A DNA stretch of 64,000 bases, from the NCBI RefSeq assembly GCF_018350175.1, contig NC_058368.1, forward strand, positions 145,330,001 through 145,394,000. Direction: 5' to 3'. Within the stretch, counting starts at the first letter, position 1; the number at the start of each line of letters is the position of its first letter. Below the pieces are notes generated by a model. The model saw nothing but the letters and a program-made list of their open reading frames with translations. It had not been told where the DNA came from and searched no databases. Shown here piece by piece: positions 38,775-52,399 of this stretch. Both the position numbers and the translations under genes were made by a program. The stretch comes from Felis catus. Lineage: Eukaryota.

Positions 38775-39090
38775 TATTTTTAAAATTATGAAGTACATAA
38801 TATATATATAATATATACCATCTTAACCATTTTGAAGGCTACAGCTCAGTAAAGTACATTCATATTGTTTTGCAACCAAGTTCCAGAACTCTTCATATTG
38901 GAAAATTGAAACTTTGTACCCATTAAGTGCTAATTTCCTATTGCCCCCTTCCCTTAGCCTCTGGAATACTTTCTCTTCTACTTTATATCTCTGTGAATTT
39001 GGCTACTGTGAATTTGGAATCATACAGTATTTGTCTTTTAGTGACTGGCTTCTCTCACTTAGCATAATGTCTTCCAAGTTTATCCATTAT
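38775..39090 (-). mobile_element. L1MA-like 3' end
   Basis: accatcttaaccatttt...ggaatcatacagtatttgtcttttagtgactggctt...cacttagcataatgtctt. Confidence 0.8.
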
Positions 39091-39251
39091 TTCTACAAAT
39101 TTTGATTTAGACTTTTATGAAGTGGAGAGCTAAACAGACAATTGGGAGTTAATTTCTATTAGGTGATGAAATCTTGAATTGCAGAGCCTCGTTCTGTTAA
39201 AGAGATTTCACTTCTATTATTTCTGAGGTGCATCATTATTAAAGAGGATTA

Positions 39252-39449
39252 GGGGCACCTGGGTGGCTCAGTCAGTTAAGAATCTGGTTTCAGCTCAGGT
39301 CATGATCTCATGGTTTGTAAATTCAAGCCCTGGATTGGGCTCTGTGTTGACAGTGCAGAACCTGCTTGGGATTCTCCCTCCTCTCTCTCTGCTCCTACCC
39401 AACTTGTGCTCTCTCTCTCTCAAAATAAATAAATAAACTTAAAAAAAAA
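39252..39449 (+). mobile_element. CanSINE
   Basis: ggggcacctgggtggctcagtcagttaag head; TSD-like aaagaggatta / aaagagatta. Confidence 0.94.
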
Positions 39450-39885
39450 GAGATTAAAAATGCTTTCCATGTATATTTGACAAGACTAGTTCTTCACTAT
39501 GTCTCAAATTTGCTGATAATATATAAGCTCAACTAGCTATTTCTATCAGAAACATAATCAAATTAGAGAGTAAATAATGGAATTAGTATCTTAGTTACTG
39601 TTACTTTGCTTACCCATTCACTTTTGTGATATTTATACATTGAGTTGCTGGAAGTAATTATTTTTATTTCAAAAGTGAAATATTAAATACCTACTTTTTT
39701 GTTCTCTGTGTACAGAATATGCTTCGATCGATTCTTTGCTAAAGTTAAATGACAATTTTAATGTTTACTAAAAGACATTTTTCACTGGTTTCTTAGATAT
39801 GTTGCTTTATGTCAGTAAAAAATACATTTGTTGGTTTGAAATACTTAATTTTTGCTTAACATTTCTTCTTTTTCTCCAGCTTATT

Positions 39886-39887
<2 letters not shown>

Positions 39888-39934
<47 letters not shown>
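39888..39934. repeat. (TA)n microsatellite, followed by three short tatccctg repeats
   Basis: Seen directly. Confidence 0.93.
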
Positions 39935-39939
<5 letters not shown>

Positions 39940-41419
39940 CATATCCCTGTATTATCCCTGTATCCCTGTATTAATACTTGTTTTTTAGGGAAGTTATGAG
40001 CATATTACTTCTATTAAATTGGTGTAATGCTATATTTACTTAAGCCATCCAGTATACATTAATGAAATATTATTTATGGGCCTGAATGTCACTAGATAAA
40101 GATTAAATATATTGTATTGGTGTAGTCTCTTGATTAGACTAAAGTAGATTTTTATTTTTTTTTAAGTTTATCTTTGACAATTAGGAGAAAAATGCACTTG
40201 GAGCAGCATGCTGTGTTTTTGTAATAAACATTGAATCATAGTCAGTTACACTAGATTTTTCATTCATAATTTATTGTGTGTTATGATATGATTTGTCACT
40301 TAAGCATATGCAAATCTTAAGCAATCATTTCAAGAAGAACAGGTTGTATCACTTATGAATTAAATATTTTCGAACATCATTTTTAAAGATTATCAAGAGT
40401 GTCAGAGAAAGGAAAACTATAATACTTTACAAATTTATAAATTAAAATTTAAGTTGTGACAGTAATTATGCACACTTAACAATTTAAAGTACATTCTCAG
40501 CTAACAGTGATGTTTGGGTTCACTGGGCAGGGTGTCAGGCTGTATTTCAAAAATCCTTGTGGAGAGTTATCTTTACAGTATTCAGTTTATAAAGCCCAGA
40601 ATCTTACCCTGAGGTTCAAAAACATATATAGATTAGAATCTAATTTATTAATTTATAATAAATAGAATTATCAAGTGAACTAGACTGCTCCTGTCATCAT
40701 GACGATTCATTTTTGTTTTGTGGGTTGGCCAATCACAATTGTATGAGCACAGAATGAGTACAAATTCTCATGTGTAGTTGTATAAGTGAGATATTTAATG
40801 GCATAATCTAAGAGTGGCACGCATGTTGCTCTGCAAGAGCATTGAGGACAAGTTGTAATTTCAGGTTTGTAGAGTAAGAATCTTTCTCTTGAACAGTGTA
40901 ATGACACTGCTGACGTTTCCTTCACTGATTTCATTTTTTTTTTTTTTTTAAGTTGTAATGATTGACCAGTCTCTTTTGGTTGTCATAGGATTATAGTCAA
41001 ATCTTGCTGGCTGAGGAGACATTCTGTCTTTTTAGATATCTGTACTCTGACCTATTATGAGTTAATTTCATGTTTGAATTTGAAAAATGCTTATTTCCAA
41101 AGCCTTGGAAAAGGCCTTCAACTACAGACAATATTATTATGATCATGGATGTTTGTAAAAATATAGAGAAAGAAATAATAAAAAATCATACTACCCTAGT
41201 ACAGTTGTGATTGTTTTGGTGAATTTCCCTCATATGTATATTTCCCATTTGGGATTTTAATGAGTGTTCTTTTAAGTTTATAAATTTGGAGTGAACTTAC
41301 ATATCTGTAACATTGTCTTACCTTTTAGGAAAACAGTTAAGTTTTCACTTTAAAGATTGATATTGCTAGGTATCTTCTGGAATTGGTTACCTAAATGAAC
41401 TGTCTTCTACTTCTAGTAC

Positions 41420-41631
41420 TTTTATTTTTTAAAAAATGTTTGTTTATTTTTGAGAGAGAGAGAGAGAGTGCATGAGCACATGGGAGGGGCAGGGAGAGAG
41501 GGGGATATAGAAGAGGAAGTGGGCTCTACACTGCTAGCAGTGAGCCTGATGCAGGGCTCGAACTCATGACTGTGAGATTATGACCTGAGCCGAATTTAGA
41601 CACTCAACCGACTGAGCCATCCAGGTGCCCC
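41420..41631 (-). mobile_element. CanSINE
   Basis: Core motifs; TSD tacttctagtactttt. Confidence 0.94.
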
Positions 41632-43641
41632 CTACTTCTAGTACTTTTAAAAATAATTATATGGTGCTTTCAGGTCATCTGACATAGTGAAAATATCGTT
41701 TCTTTTCCAATATTTATTATGGCTTTATTTTGGTCATATTATTAGTTACAATTTCCAGAACAAATTGTGTGTTATAGCAGCAATCAAATGTATTCTTGTT
41801 TTGCAGCATTCTTTTTATGCTTTTGGCACTCTTGTAAGTATATGGGGCAGTCTTATTTTCTTCATTTTGTATCAAACTTGAATAAATGATAGACTTCAGA
41901 ACCAAGAAAGCAATTGATATGCCCAAGTTTGAGCTAGAACTGGAGCAAGAGCCTGGGGTGTTAGACCACTACAGTTCCATACTTCCATATAGTAGCTCTA
42001 TTTTTCTAAGCAATAGGTTTTACACAAAGTTTAATTACATAAGCAGTCTCACATATGAGAGTTCTGTGAACCTTGAGCTCCGTGTAATCAAAACTGAGCT
42101 CATCATCTTTCAGCCCCTCATCATTCGAATGCTTTGTTTCAGTAGATGGTTCACCATCCTTCCTCTGTCTCCTCAATACCTAGACCTAATGGATCATTAT
42201 ACCAGTTTAGTCCTCCTTTAAAAATCGTTCATACTGGCTTACCTGTGCGTCGTTTGCTCTCCTTTCCTTTGCCATTGTCTTGATTCAAGTTGTTTTTGCT
42301 CTCTGTGTCTAATCTTGCTCTCTGCCAAACTGCCTTCTACCCTGCCAAAGTGATCTTATAAAATGCAATTCCAGTTCATCACTCCCTGGTTAAATCATTT
42401 AGTGATTCTTCATTATTTCAGGGTACAGTTCAGGCTCCTTAGCTAAGCATACATGGCTCATGCCTAAAAAAGATGTACTCTTTTGAGTCTTGCTTCTTTC
42501 TTTCAACATTACATTATGCGTAGTTTCATGGTCTATGATTGATCAGAGTTATGCTCAAACACCCAGACCACAAAGGGTGGAGTAAGATTTCCACCTGTCT
42601 GAAGGATCTATATGTGAGTTAAGGAACTCTTTCATAGTTCAGGCAGGTTCCTAATCTGACCTGCCTTCTTGTTTCTCCTGTGTCCTCTGTGCATGTGTGC
42701 AGCCTCACCATCAGCTCAGGACACGAAGACAGCTTGGTTTCCTTAAGGCATGTGGATGGAAGGCAGAAGGTTGTTTGCAGAGTTCAGGTCCCTCTGTGGG
42801 TCTCTTATTACCAGGATCATTCTGTTACCTTTCTCATTATGTTGCTGGTTGGTTGCTTGTCCTAAATGGGATGGCTACCTCAGTCTTACTGGTGGGAGGG
42901 CTTTTTCAGTGGAGACACCGCTGAATGGCATATTTTCTTTCACCTTCGGTTCTGGATCAGTTGAGCCTCTCTCTCCTTAAAGCTATCCTAGCTGTGGTCC
43001 AGGGAGAACGCTCACCCTGACCACTACTAGGAAGGGATGGCAGTAGCCATAAGCAGGAGTGCCACAGATTTCTACCGTTCGTGAACGAATTTCAACAGTG
43101 TTTCATGAATAAGTACCTCTTAATATGTTATTTAAGTTTGGTTAATTGCTAGATTCCTGAAATGGTTGTTTTTAGCAATTTTGAACAGTTTCAAAGTCAT
43201 TTTTGGGGGGAAGAGTATTTGAAGTCCTTCCTCCGGAGGCCACATGGTAACTTTAATTTGCATTTTCCTAAAAGCTAGTTTATTTGAACATATTTTCATA
43301 TGTTTATTATGTGTTTATTATTGTGACTTTTGTACATAGTTGCTACATATTTTTTTGAGATTAAATTTAAGCATCACCTTCTTCAGATAGGCACCTGTCA
43401 CCCCTAAGTTTGACTTCGATTCCCCCTTCTCTGTATTTCCGTATAATTGATGCACAATTCTGTGTGGTGATTATATGTATACTTACTTGCCTGATTCCCC
43501 AATGGTAGTCTGAAAGCGTGACTGCCAGGAGTTTGTTTTTATATCCTCACTTCTATATCCTTGTTGATTAGCATAGTAAATACTCCATATGCATTTGTTT
43601 AATTGAGTTAAAATGTTATAAATTGCAAGGAGTTTGGCCAG

Positions 43642-43644
<3 letters not shown>

Positions 43645-43684
<40 letters not shown>
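43645..43684. repeat. (TG)n microsatellite
   Basis: Seen directly. Confidence 0.95.
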
Positions 43685-43689
<5 letters not shown>

Positions 43690-43829
43690 CATTGTATTTC
43701 ATTTCATTGTAAAATGAATTATTTGAAATAAGTGGGTCATTGAGTAGTGTTTAAAAACCTATTTGTTTGAGAAGAATTTTCATTAAATAGCAAAACTCCT
43801 TTTTTAGTGGAATGAACCATTGGATACAA

Positions 43830-45385
43830 TGTTATTATGTAATGATGTCAGTGAACTCTGAGTTCATTACTTCCAAGCTCATTGGTAAATTATTTAATTT
43901 TTTAGTAGCTTTTAACAGGATTTATCATTGTGTTCTTGATATACTTTCTTCATTTGGTGTTCTCACTTTCTTGCTTTACCTCCTATATTACTCTTCACTC
44001 TTTTTCAGTTTCCTTTTTTACAGCCTCATAATATTAGTGACTGTGCTGTCTATGAACCTGAATGTCATCATTTTAAATTGCATCAAATGCTAGTTACTCC
44101 CTGATGTATATTCCCTGCCCACATTTCCCTCTTGAATTCTCGATTCATAAGGCCAACTTCTTTTTTTTAACTTTTTAAATGTTTATTTATTTTTGAGAGA
44201 GAGAGATGGGGGGCAGGGGTAGAAAGACAGGGAGACCCAGAATCTGAAGCAGGCTCCAGGCTCTGAGCTGTCAGCACAGACCCCGACACGGGGCTCGAAC
44301 TCATGGACTGCGAGATCATGACCTGAGCCAAAGTCAGATGCTCAACCTCCTGAGCCACCCAGACGCCCCATAAGGACAACTTCTTATTTGACATTTCTGC
44401 TTGAATGTCTCCTCTCAGATCCTGAAGTCAACATGTCCAGAATTAAACTCTGAGTCTTCTTCCTCCCAAACTTACCTAGTACCACCCAAACTGACCTTCT
44501 CTCAATTGATGGCAACCCCATTTTTTCCAGTTGTTCAAGCTACTGGAGTTTACATTAATTTCTCTATTTCTCTCATACCCTGTGTCCAATCCATTAGGTC
44601 ATTCTGTTGCCTCCACCTTCATAATATCTAGGATCAGACCATTTCTCATCATCTCCTCTGCTACCACTCTGCTATAAACAACCATTTACTCTTGCTAGGG
44701 TTACCTTCCTAACTATCTGCCTGCTTCCACTGTTGCCTTTCTATGGTGTAACCCTTTTAAAATGCGAGTCATATTGTGTCACTTCTCAACTCTAAGTAAA
44801 AGCCAAAACATTTATAATAGACTGTAAACTGTGTGATATGCTCCTTCCTCACTTCTTACTCTTCTAGCTTCCCCTCCTAATTCCCTTCCTTTCATTCACA
44901 ACTATCCAGGCACACTGACTTCCTTGCTGTTCCTCAGACACACTAGAGAAACACTAGACAGGCACTCCTGCCTGGGGACTCTAAATTGGCTGGCCCCTCT
45001 GTCTAGACCATTCCTCTTCCAGATATGGCTGACCACCCTCCTCTTGCCATCCCTCCCATCCTTCATGTGTTCGCTCACTTTTCATCTTCTTAATAAAGTC
45101 TTTCTGACCACATTTTCAACATGTTGAGACACTTGGGCCCCTACCTGCCACCCTCACTCTTGACTTCCCTTATTCTGCTGTTTTCTTTTTCTCACACTAT
45201 TTACCTTCTAACATGCTCTGTAATTTACTTTTTTATTATGTTTATTGTTTAAAGTCTCTCTTTCCCAGCTCAGTCTATGAGGACAGAGATCTTTGTTTTG
45301 TTTGCTAATATGCCCAATGCCACTAGGATATCACCAAATATAAAGTAGGTACACAAACAAATAATGTTAAATTAATGATTGAATA
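43830..45385 (+). mobile_element. L2 (3' ~1.3 kb) interrupted by a SINE
   Basis: gacatttctgcttgaatgtc...ctcaattgatggcaac...ccaggcacactgacttccttgctgttcctcagacac...gaggacagagatctttg...aatgattgaat. Confidence 0.8.
44161..44369 (-). mobile_element. SINEC_Fc-like
   Basis: Core motifs; TSD-like ataaggccaacttctt / ataaggacaacttctt. Confidence 0.95.
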
Positions 45386-46714
45386 TCTGGTTTTCTATAA
45401 AAAATAAAAATTCACAATTTCTCTGAAGAACTTAATTAGATGAAAAGTTATTTGAAAAATTATGAGAAATTTTTAAAAATGCCGATGTTCTTTTATCCCT
45501 TAATTGGTGAATTAGGATCCATGAAAACACCATAAAATTTACATAAAAAGTTAATAAGTATCATTCAAATAACCTCTTCAGGGCAGTCTTTTTAATAAAA
45601 CTGGCATTTCTGTAAAAATGGAATTTTTCTATAATGATATGCAGTATAGTGGAATTTAATGCATACTTTAGATTTAAAAATAACCGTGTAACAGTGTGTT
45701 GAGTGGGACCTTTTTATCTTGTTCCAGAATTGCAGCTAAGGCCCTAAGCTGAAGACAAAATACCCTGAGTAACTAATTTTCTGTATTTGGATTGTTATGA
45801 ATAATCTACTAGCCCCTGGGACCAGAATGCTGCCTGTAGAGACTGTTCTCAGAGACCATTCCTGAAGAGAACCCCATCGCAGTATGAGAATAAGATTTAG
45901 CAGAGGAGAAATGCAGAGTCTGTAATGAGAAACAATCCCCTCCCCTCATTTCCTTGTCCAAGGAACTGCTTATAAAGAGTACGGGATGCCTTCAAGTCAA
46001 GAGGAAGATCATTTCATTGTCTCCTTGAGCATTTGCTTAGCTATGGACTGGCTAGTCTTGTGTTTTCTGTTAGAACAGTGCTAAATAGAGTTGAGGATGA
46101 TACTACAAAGGTGGAGGACACTATTTAATCTATTTAATATAGTCACTTCAGAGAGTAGCTAGGTTTGGCCTGTTTTCCTATTGTCCTCCTCAAGCCAGGA
46201 AGTAAAAGGACCTTTGCAGTGGTAGAGGGTACAAGGTCATTGCCCATATTAGGTAAGTGTCCAGGAGGTGGTTTCTCTGCAGGGTCTTCTGAAGAGCCCA
46301 TACAGTCACCCTCTGAGGGAGCTAGCAGCTGCTTGCCTGTCATATGCAAGGTCAGTATCAGCTAGAGAAGCAAGAGCAAATAACAAAGAGGGTACTGTGA
46401 CTCCATCTACTTAAGCCAGGGGATGGCAGTCCTTCCTACTTCCAGTTCTTAAGCCATGGGTTCCTGGAAGAAGTAGTGAGGGACAACAGGTTCCTCTACG
46501 CAAGACTCTGCTTCACTTTTACATTCCAAGCTGCAGAGAGTGTGAATCGAACTAGAGAGAAAAGAGCTTCAAATAGATTTTGAGTCTGAAGTCTTCAAAA
46601 TCATAAAAATAATAATAAGTTTGAGTTCTGATTATCTGAAAGATACAGTTCTAATAACTGAAAGCACCTAAGAAGTTATGGTGTGGCACCAAGTTGTTGT
46701 TTAAGGATCCTTGA

Positions 46715-47155
46715 TATATCCGTTAGGTATTTGATGTATAACAAATCATTACAAAACTTAGTGGTTTAAAACAACCATTTATTATCTCTGAGAAGCTTAT
46801 AATTAGCTAGACCATTCTGCGATTCTGTGACAGGCTTAGTTGATGTCTGCAGGGCTTGTGTATGTATCTACACTCAGCTGAGGGTTGGCTGGGAGCTGGC
46901 TTGTCTAAGATGGCCTCAGTTGGAATGATTCAACTTGGTTCTATGTTCTAGCAGGCTAGTAGCCTGTTCTTGTTCTCATGGTGGTGGTAAGGGTCCAAAC
47001 ACAGAAAAAAGAAACACTCAAGCTCTCTTTAAGACCTCTAATTAAACTTTCCTTGGGGAGCCAAACTCAGAGTCATTGTGGGAAGACACTACCAAAGGGT
47101 TAGAATATAGGGAGCCTTGAAAAATTGGGGTGATTAATGCAGTCAGTCTGCTACA
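46715..47155 (-). mobile_element. MLT1-family (MaLR) LTR
   Basis: tgtataacaaatcattacaaaacttagtggtttaaaacaaccatttattatctc...gctggcttgtctaagatggcctca. Confidence 0.75.
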
Positions 47156-47714
47156 CTTACCAGATGCGAGAGGAGATTCCACACAAGAGAGTTATGAGCA
47201 GTTATGAGGGAAAATTTTTCATATCTGTACTCTGAGGAGTAGAGACCTTTTAATCACAGGATACAATTGATTTGAACTACATAGGCTCCTAAGATACAGA
47301 CTGTTTCTTCCATATGTTCTTTCCAATGTATAAGTTAACAGAAATCTTTTTTTAATGATTATGGTTTTTTAGTCTGAGGGTTACCCTGGATTTGAATATA
47401 TATAGTCTACATAATAAGTCAACAGATAATATCTAAATTTGATTTATCAGCAGAAAGCTGTATACATAAAATGTATGGAATTTGGATGCCATAAGATATA
47501 ACAAGGAAAGTTGCGGTTGCCTCTGGGTCGACTGACCACAGTGTGTGTGTGGGGAAGGGGGGCTAAGAAAGACACTGCTGATTTTTGTGTTATGGATGCA
47601 TTTTAGTGCTGTTTGACTTTTAAAACAGTATGTTATATTACTTTGATTAAAATGAGTAATAATGTTTTTAAAAAGAAAAGTCCTTTTTCATAGCATCATC
47701 ACCGTCCTGTTATT

Positions 47715-47915
47715 TACATATACTTGATTTCATTTAATCCCCACAATATCCCTATGAGTTAGCTATTATTGTTTCTACTTCAGATGAGATGTGTAGGCTT
47801 AGAGAATTTAAGTGACTTGTCCAGCCAGTGTTAACATAGTCTTTTATGTAAGAGGCAGGGTCACGATTGGAACCAAGGTGTGTCTGCTTCCAAAGATTAT
47901 GATCTTAACTCCTAA
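47715..47915 (-). mobile_element. MIR
   Basis: tcatttaatccccacaatatccctatgag...aggcttagagaatttaagtgacttgtcc. Confidence 0.8.
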
Positions 47916-49342
47916 CCTGTAGTTTAAAAGCTGAAGTTTAATCTTCTCCATACCAGAGGCTCACACTATTATATAACCCCCACAATGGAACTAGGATATA
48001 TGTATTTTTTTCCTACTAACAAACTTTAGTTGCTTCTTAACATTTAGTCTTGAGAAGGAAAAATAGCGATTGAGTAAATTCTTCCAGTGGGAATATGATG
48101 AATATCCACCATGTTTACTCTGAGGAATAAATTACCACCAAATTTACTCTGAGGAAAAAACATTTACTTTTACTTAATACATTGATACATTAGATGCTTA
48201 GATTCCAGATACTGGATTATAATAGCACATAAATTTAGATGTTTCTTAAAAAGTATACTTGTAGCATCTTGTTGTATAAGGAAAGTATTTATAATTAGGA
48301 GTTTGATTAAGAAGAACTGATCTGTTTTCATTACTTTTCCAAGTTATCAATATCCAGCTGTATTATCTTACTTTTAGGTGTTAAATTTGAAACAAACTTC
48401 ATATACTAATTGCTTTTAACAGCTGCTGTAGATATTTATTGCAAATGTCATTGAAAAGACAGATTTAATATATTAGTTTAGTACACATGGTGATTTACAG
48501 ATTAGAGTATGTTAAATAAACTGTGTCAGAAATTATAAATAAACTAAAATGAGTAAAATTATCCTAAAATTGCTAGACAAGTCTTCACATTTAATGTTAC
48601 ATTAATGAGTTTTGTACAGAGACTGTTTAGAATAAAATCCTTTTTCATCAGATGTTGCACATATGCCTTCACTGTTTGTTTTTCTTCAAAGTAAAACTTA
48701 ATGAAACAGCTAATAAAACCCAGTTTTACTCCTGATCCTTGAAAGAAACAAGCCCTTGAAGTGCACCCACTGTTTATTCTTTTGCACTGGTTTTTGCTAC
48801 TTTTCAGCATGTAAATTTTCCAGTAATGGAAAACAGTCAAAGCTATAAACCCTTTCTTCCAAGTCTTATAAACCCAGTATTTATTTCTTATTTGTAAAGT
48901 GATTGCACAATGGAAACATGCTTTGCACACATACAGAGAAGTTTGGTCTCTGATCTTCATGTCCACCTCCTGCTGGCTTCAGGAGGGTGTAGTGCGTGTG
49001 CATTTAAATAGATCTTTATTATGTAAATACTCAAGAACCAGAATAGGGGTTTAATTACCCTAAAAAAAATGAGAGGTTTCCAAGTGAAAGGCATGTATAG
49101 ACTCCTGTACACTGTTACTCTCATAAACCTGAACATGTATTAGATTGGTGCATAGCTTATGAAAAAGGATCAGCTTCCATGAATTGGAAATATATAGATG
49201 GCAGATGGGTATGTACCCCAGTGGCTTTTTCACTAACCATAGCATATGCCATTCTGTGTCTTCCCGGTTCTTTTATGGAGAGTGTTGTTTTTGACTCTGG
49301 TGATAGGGTAGAGGTAGATATTTGGGTTGGGATGTGAGAGGC

Positions 49343-49810
49343 CATGCTACTCCAAAGTGTGGTCCTAGATTGGTACCAGTGCAGGCAGGTAAGTGCAGAA
49401 ATTGAAAATGAGTGCTTAGAAACTTGTAAACAATGTGAATGAGTAATATTATATCTGTGAAATATAATTTTTAAAATTTGAAACTGATAGTGGGGGGGGC
49501 GCTATGCATGTGTGGGGGCAGGGAGCATATGGGAGAAACTCTGTACCTTTCTTTCAGATTTGCTGTGGACTTAAAACTGCTCTAAAAGAATAAAATAATT
49601 CCCCTTCTTCTTCTCCTTCCCCCACCCTCCTCCTCCTCTTCCTCCTCCTCCTCCTTCTTCTAAATTGGGACTTCTATTTTATATGTTTTGGATTTTTTTA
49701 TTTCATTTTTTTTCCTAGTAATTCGTTTTAGTGTTTTTCACAAAAGCATGTCTATGACAGATTGGAAATAAAATTCCTGATCTTTTACCACAGATGGTTT
49801 GAAAAGCATT
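49343..49810 (+). mobile_element. Charlie4-like hAT remnant with an internal L1M 3' fragment (~49480-49595) and a (CCT)n tract
   Basis: Starts catgctactccaaagtgtggtcc and ends cacagatggtttgaaaagca; the insert gctatgcatgtgtgggggcaggg...aaaactgctctaaaagaataaa is an L1 3' UTR. Confidence 0.6.
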
Positions 49811-51049
49811 TGGTCTAGGATGAGATTTTCAAACGTTGATTTATGTTCCTTTGCCCCGTTACATACCATTACATATTAAAATTTGAATAAATATCAAAGG
49901 CTATCATTTATAATTTCAGTACCCTAACCAAACTGCCTGATGACATTGAATGGTCAATGAGCTAAGGGTTGGATGTAGAACCTGAAGTGGAGATAATCTG
50001 TGTTCCCCATTAAGGACAGGTTCATATGCTTTAGTGACCACTGAGTGGGAATTGGTGTTGACATTCTCATAAGAAAATCAGAAAGCCTGACCAGGATTTG
50101 TGTCCAAATGGAGGTGGGCTAATGCCAAATTGAGATTTTAAAAAGTTAGGGCAAAGTTTTAGGTGGAGGGTAGGGAAGAACAGAGAAAGCTGAGTTATGT
50201 ACTTTGTGGTACTTTTGAAGGGTTAGGAACTTTGAACCACCATGGGATAATATGTGGGCCTTGACAACAAAATGGTGGTAGAAACGGGAAAGCATCCATA
50301 GCAAGTTTCATTTACTTTTCAGTTTTACCCAGTTGATTTTAATGCTACTGAAAGCCATGATAAGGGATGCTTCTTTGGTGTGCATTTTATCCATTGCTGA
50401 TACCTGGACAAGCAATCAGAATATAAAGCTGAGATTTATGTATTATATAACCTTGAGTCATAAAAATGTTCATAAGTCATAGAAATAGAAGTTTAGAGTA
50501 GAAGGTCATATAATTCACCTTGTTCCAGATACTGCTTCCCGTAAGGCAGCTTTTTTGTAGCCACTCGAGGTATGAGTTCATGCCCATGATGCTGGGAGGG
50601 AGATATCCTGAGATAGCATTCAGGAATTAGAGATCCCAAGCCCTATTTGAGCTAAAATGAGACTTACCCATTGGATTATCCAATAATATGTTGAGCTTGG
50701 GAGAGAGACTAAAGGCTGATCAGGGAGAAAGTTGGAAGTTGAATACTTGAACAGCTACAAGCAGGCTTAAGATACTGATGGTCATAATTCATTAACAATG
50801 TCTTTTATAACCATTCAGAAATTTATAGTAGTTGAAATTATATTTGAGTGCTATTTAAATGACTCCATATGTAAACTCCCTAAATTAAGCAGTTATTTTG
50901 GACCAAAAAACTTCAGGTGTGGCACCTGTGGCCAGCAAGTTCTCTGTAGTAGCCTTGTCATATAGCATATACCCATGACATTGGACCTTGAATCATCCCA
51001 GTATGTCTGATTACATATTTATGATATACTTGTCATCAGTATTTTTTTT

Positions 51050-51610
51050 AGTTTTTAAAATTATGCTAAATATGTATGTATATATAACATAAAATGTACC
51101 ATTTTAACCACTTAAATTAATTTTTAAAAAATTATGGTAAAAAACGCATGACAAAATTTACCATCTTAATTCCTCTTTAAGTGGTTCAATTCAGTAAAAC
51201 ATTTTAATAGTACTAAGTACCTTCACATTGTTATACAGCCATTACCACCATCATTCTCCAGGACTTTTTATCTTAGTAAACTGAAACTCTGTACCCATGA
51301 AACAACTCTTCATTCCCCCTTCCACCCATCTTTAGACAACCACCCCTTTCCTTTGTTCTATGACTTTGATATCTCTAGGTATCTTACGTAAATGGAATTA
51401 CACAGGATTTGTCCTTTTGTAACTGGTTTATTTTACTTAGCATAACATCTTCAGGGTCCATCCATATTATAGTACATTTCAAATTCTTTTTTTCTTTTTA
51501 AGGCTGAATAATAATTCATTGTATGTGTGTGTATATATGTATATGATGATGATATGATGTTTTATTTATCCATTCATCTGTTGATGGATATTTGGATTGC
51601 TTTTATCGTT
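51050..51610 (-). mobile_element. Old L1MA/MB 3' end
   Basis: taacataaaatgtaccattttaacca...aaactgaaactctgtaccc...tttatttatccattcatctgttgatggatattt. Confidence 0.85.
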
Positions 51611-52399
51611 AAAAATTTTGTCTTTCACTCTATGTAAAATATTTGTATTTTAATTTCAGTTTAGTTTATCACCATTGGCATTATTTTATAGTTTTGCTGA
51701 CTTTGAATTTATATATGATTATTTTTATTACTTTTATTACCATTTTCTCATGGTGAGTGTTGCTAAATAAACATTGATTTTATTACTTCTTGATTTATTA
51801 ATTTACTTACTTAGTTTTTGCTTTTGGTGTTAATAGTTAGCCAAAGTCACATTCTTGATAGAATTTAGTAATTATTATTTGTTTTTAGAAATTAAAAAAT
51901 ATTTTTTAAAAAAATCAAGTAATGATTGAATGTAATTTAATTATGTTTATTCATTAAAAAGCTTTCTAGCTTTCAAAAATAAAATACCTTGTGAAAGTAT
52001 TTTTAATCCCACATCAGTTTACATATTATATATGTTATGTGAATATGTCAAAGTTTTAATTTTTGGAATAAACAAAAATCAATGATGAATTGTTTGAACT
52101 TTTATTAAATTTGTTTTAAAAAAATTTTAATGAACACAGAAAATTCCCGATTCCTGTAAATAGATTTCATGTAGTCGTAAAAGTCTACATAGGCCACGTT
52201 AGTTTTTCATATTTGAAAAATATTTAAATTTCACAGATACTGTCAATATATCTATAAATATATATTTATTGATATAAATATATCAGTTTAATGGATAACT
52301 TTTCATTAAAGCAGAAAAGCCTTCAGTTTCACATAAAAAATAAATTGAAGTTACTAGTTAGGTAATGAAATGAAAATTATCTCAAACGTGGATATGTGT

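Noticed and set aside
13475..44394. Similar short ORFs (MAQLVK..., QVMISQ..., SLEPASDS...) suggesting a peptide family
   Set aside because: All are translations of CanSINE consensus sequence.
48559..48966. 135-aa minus-strand ORF
   Set aside because: No recognisable domain or splice context; compatible with chance.
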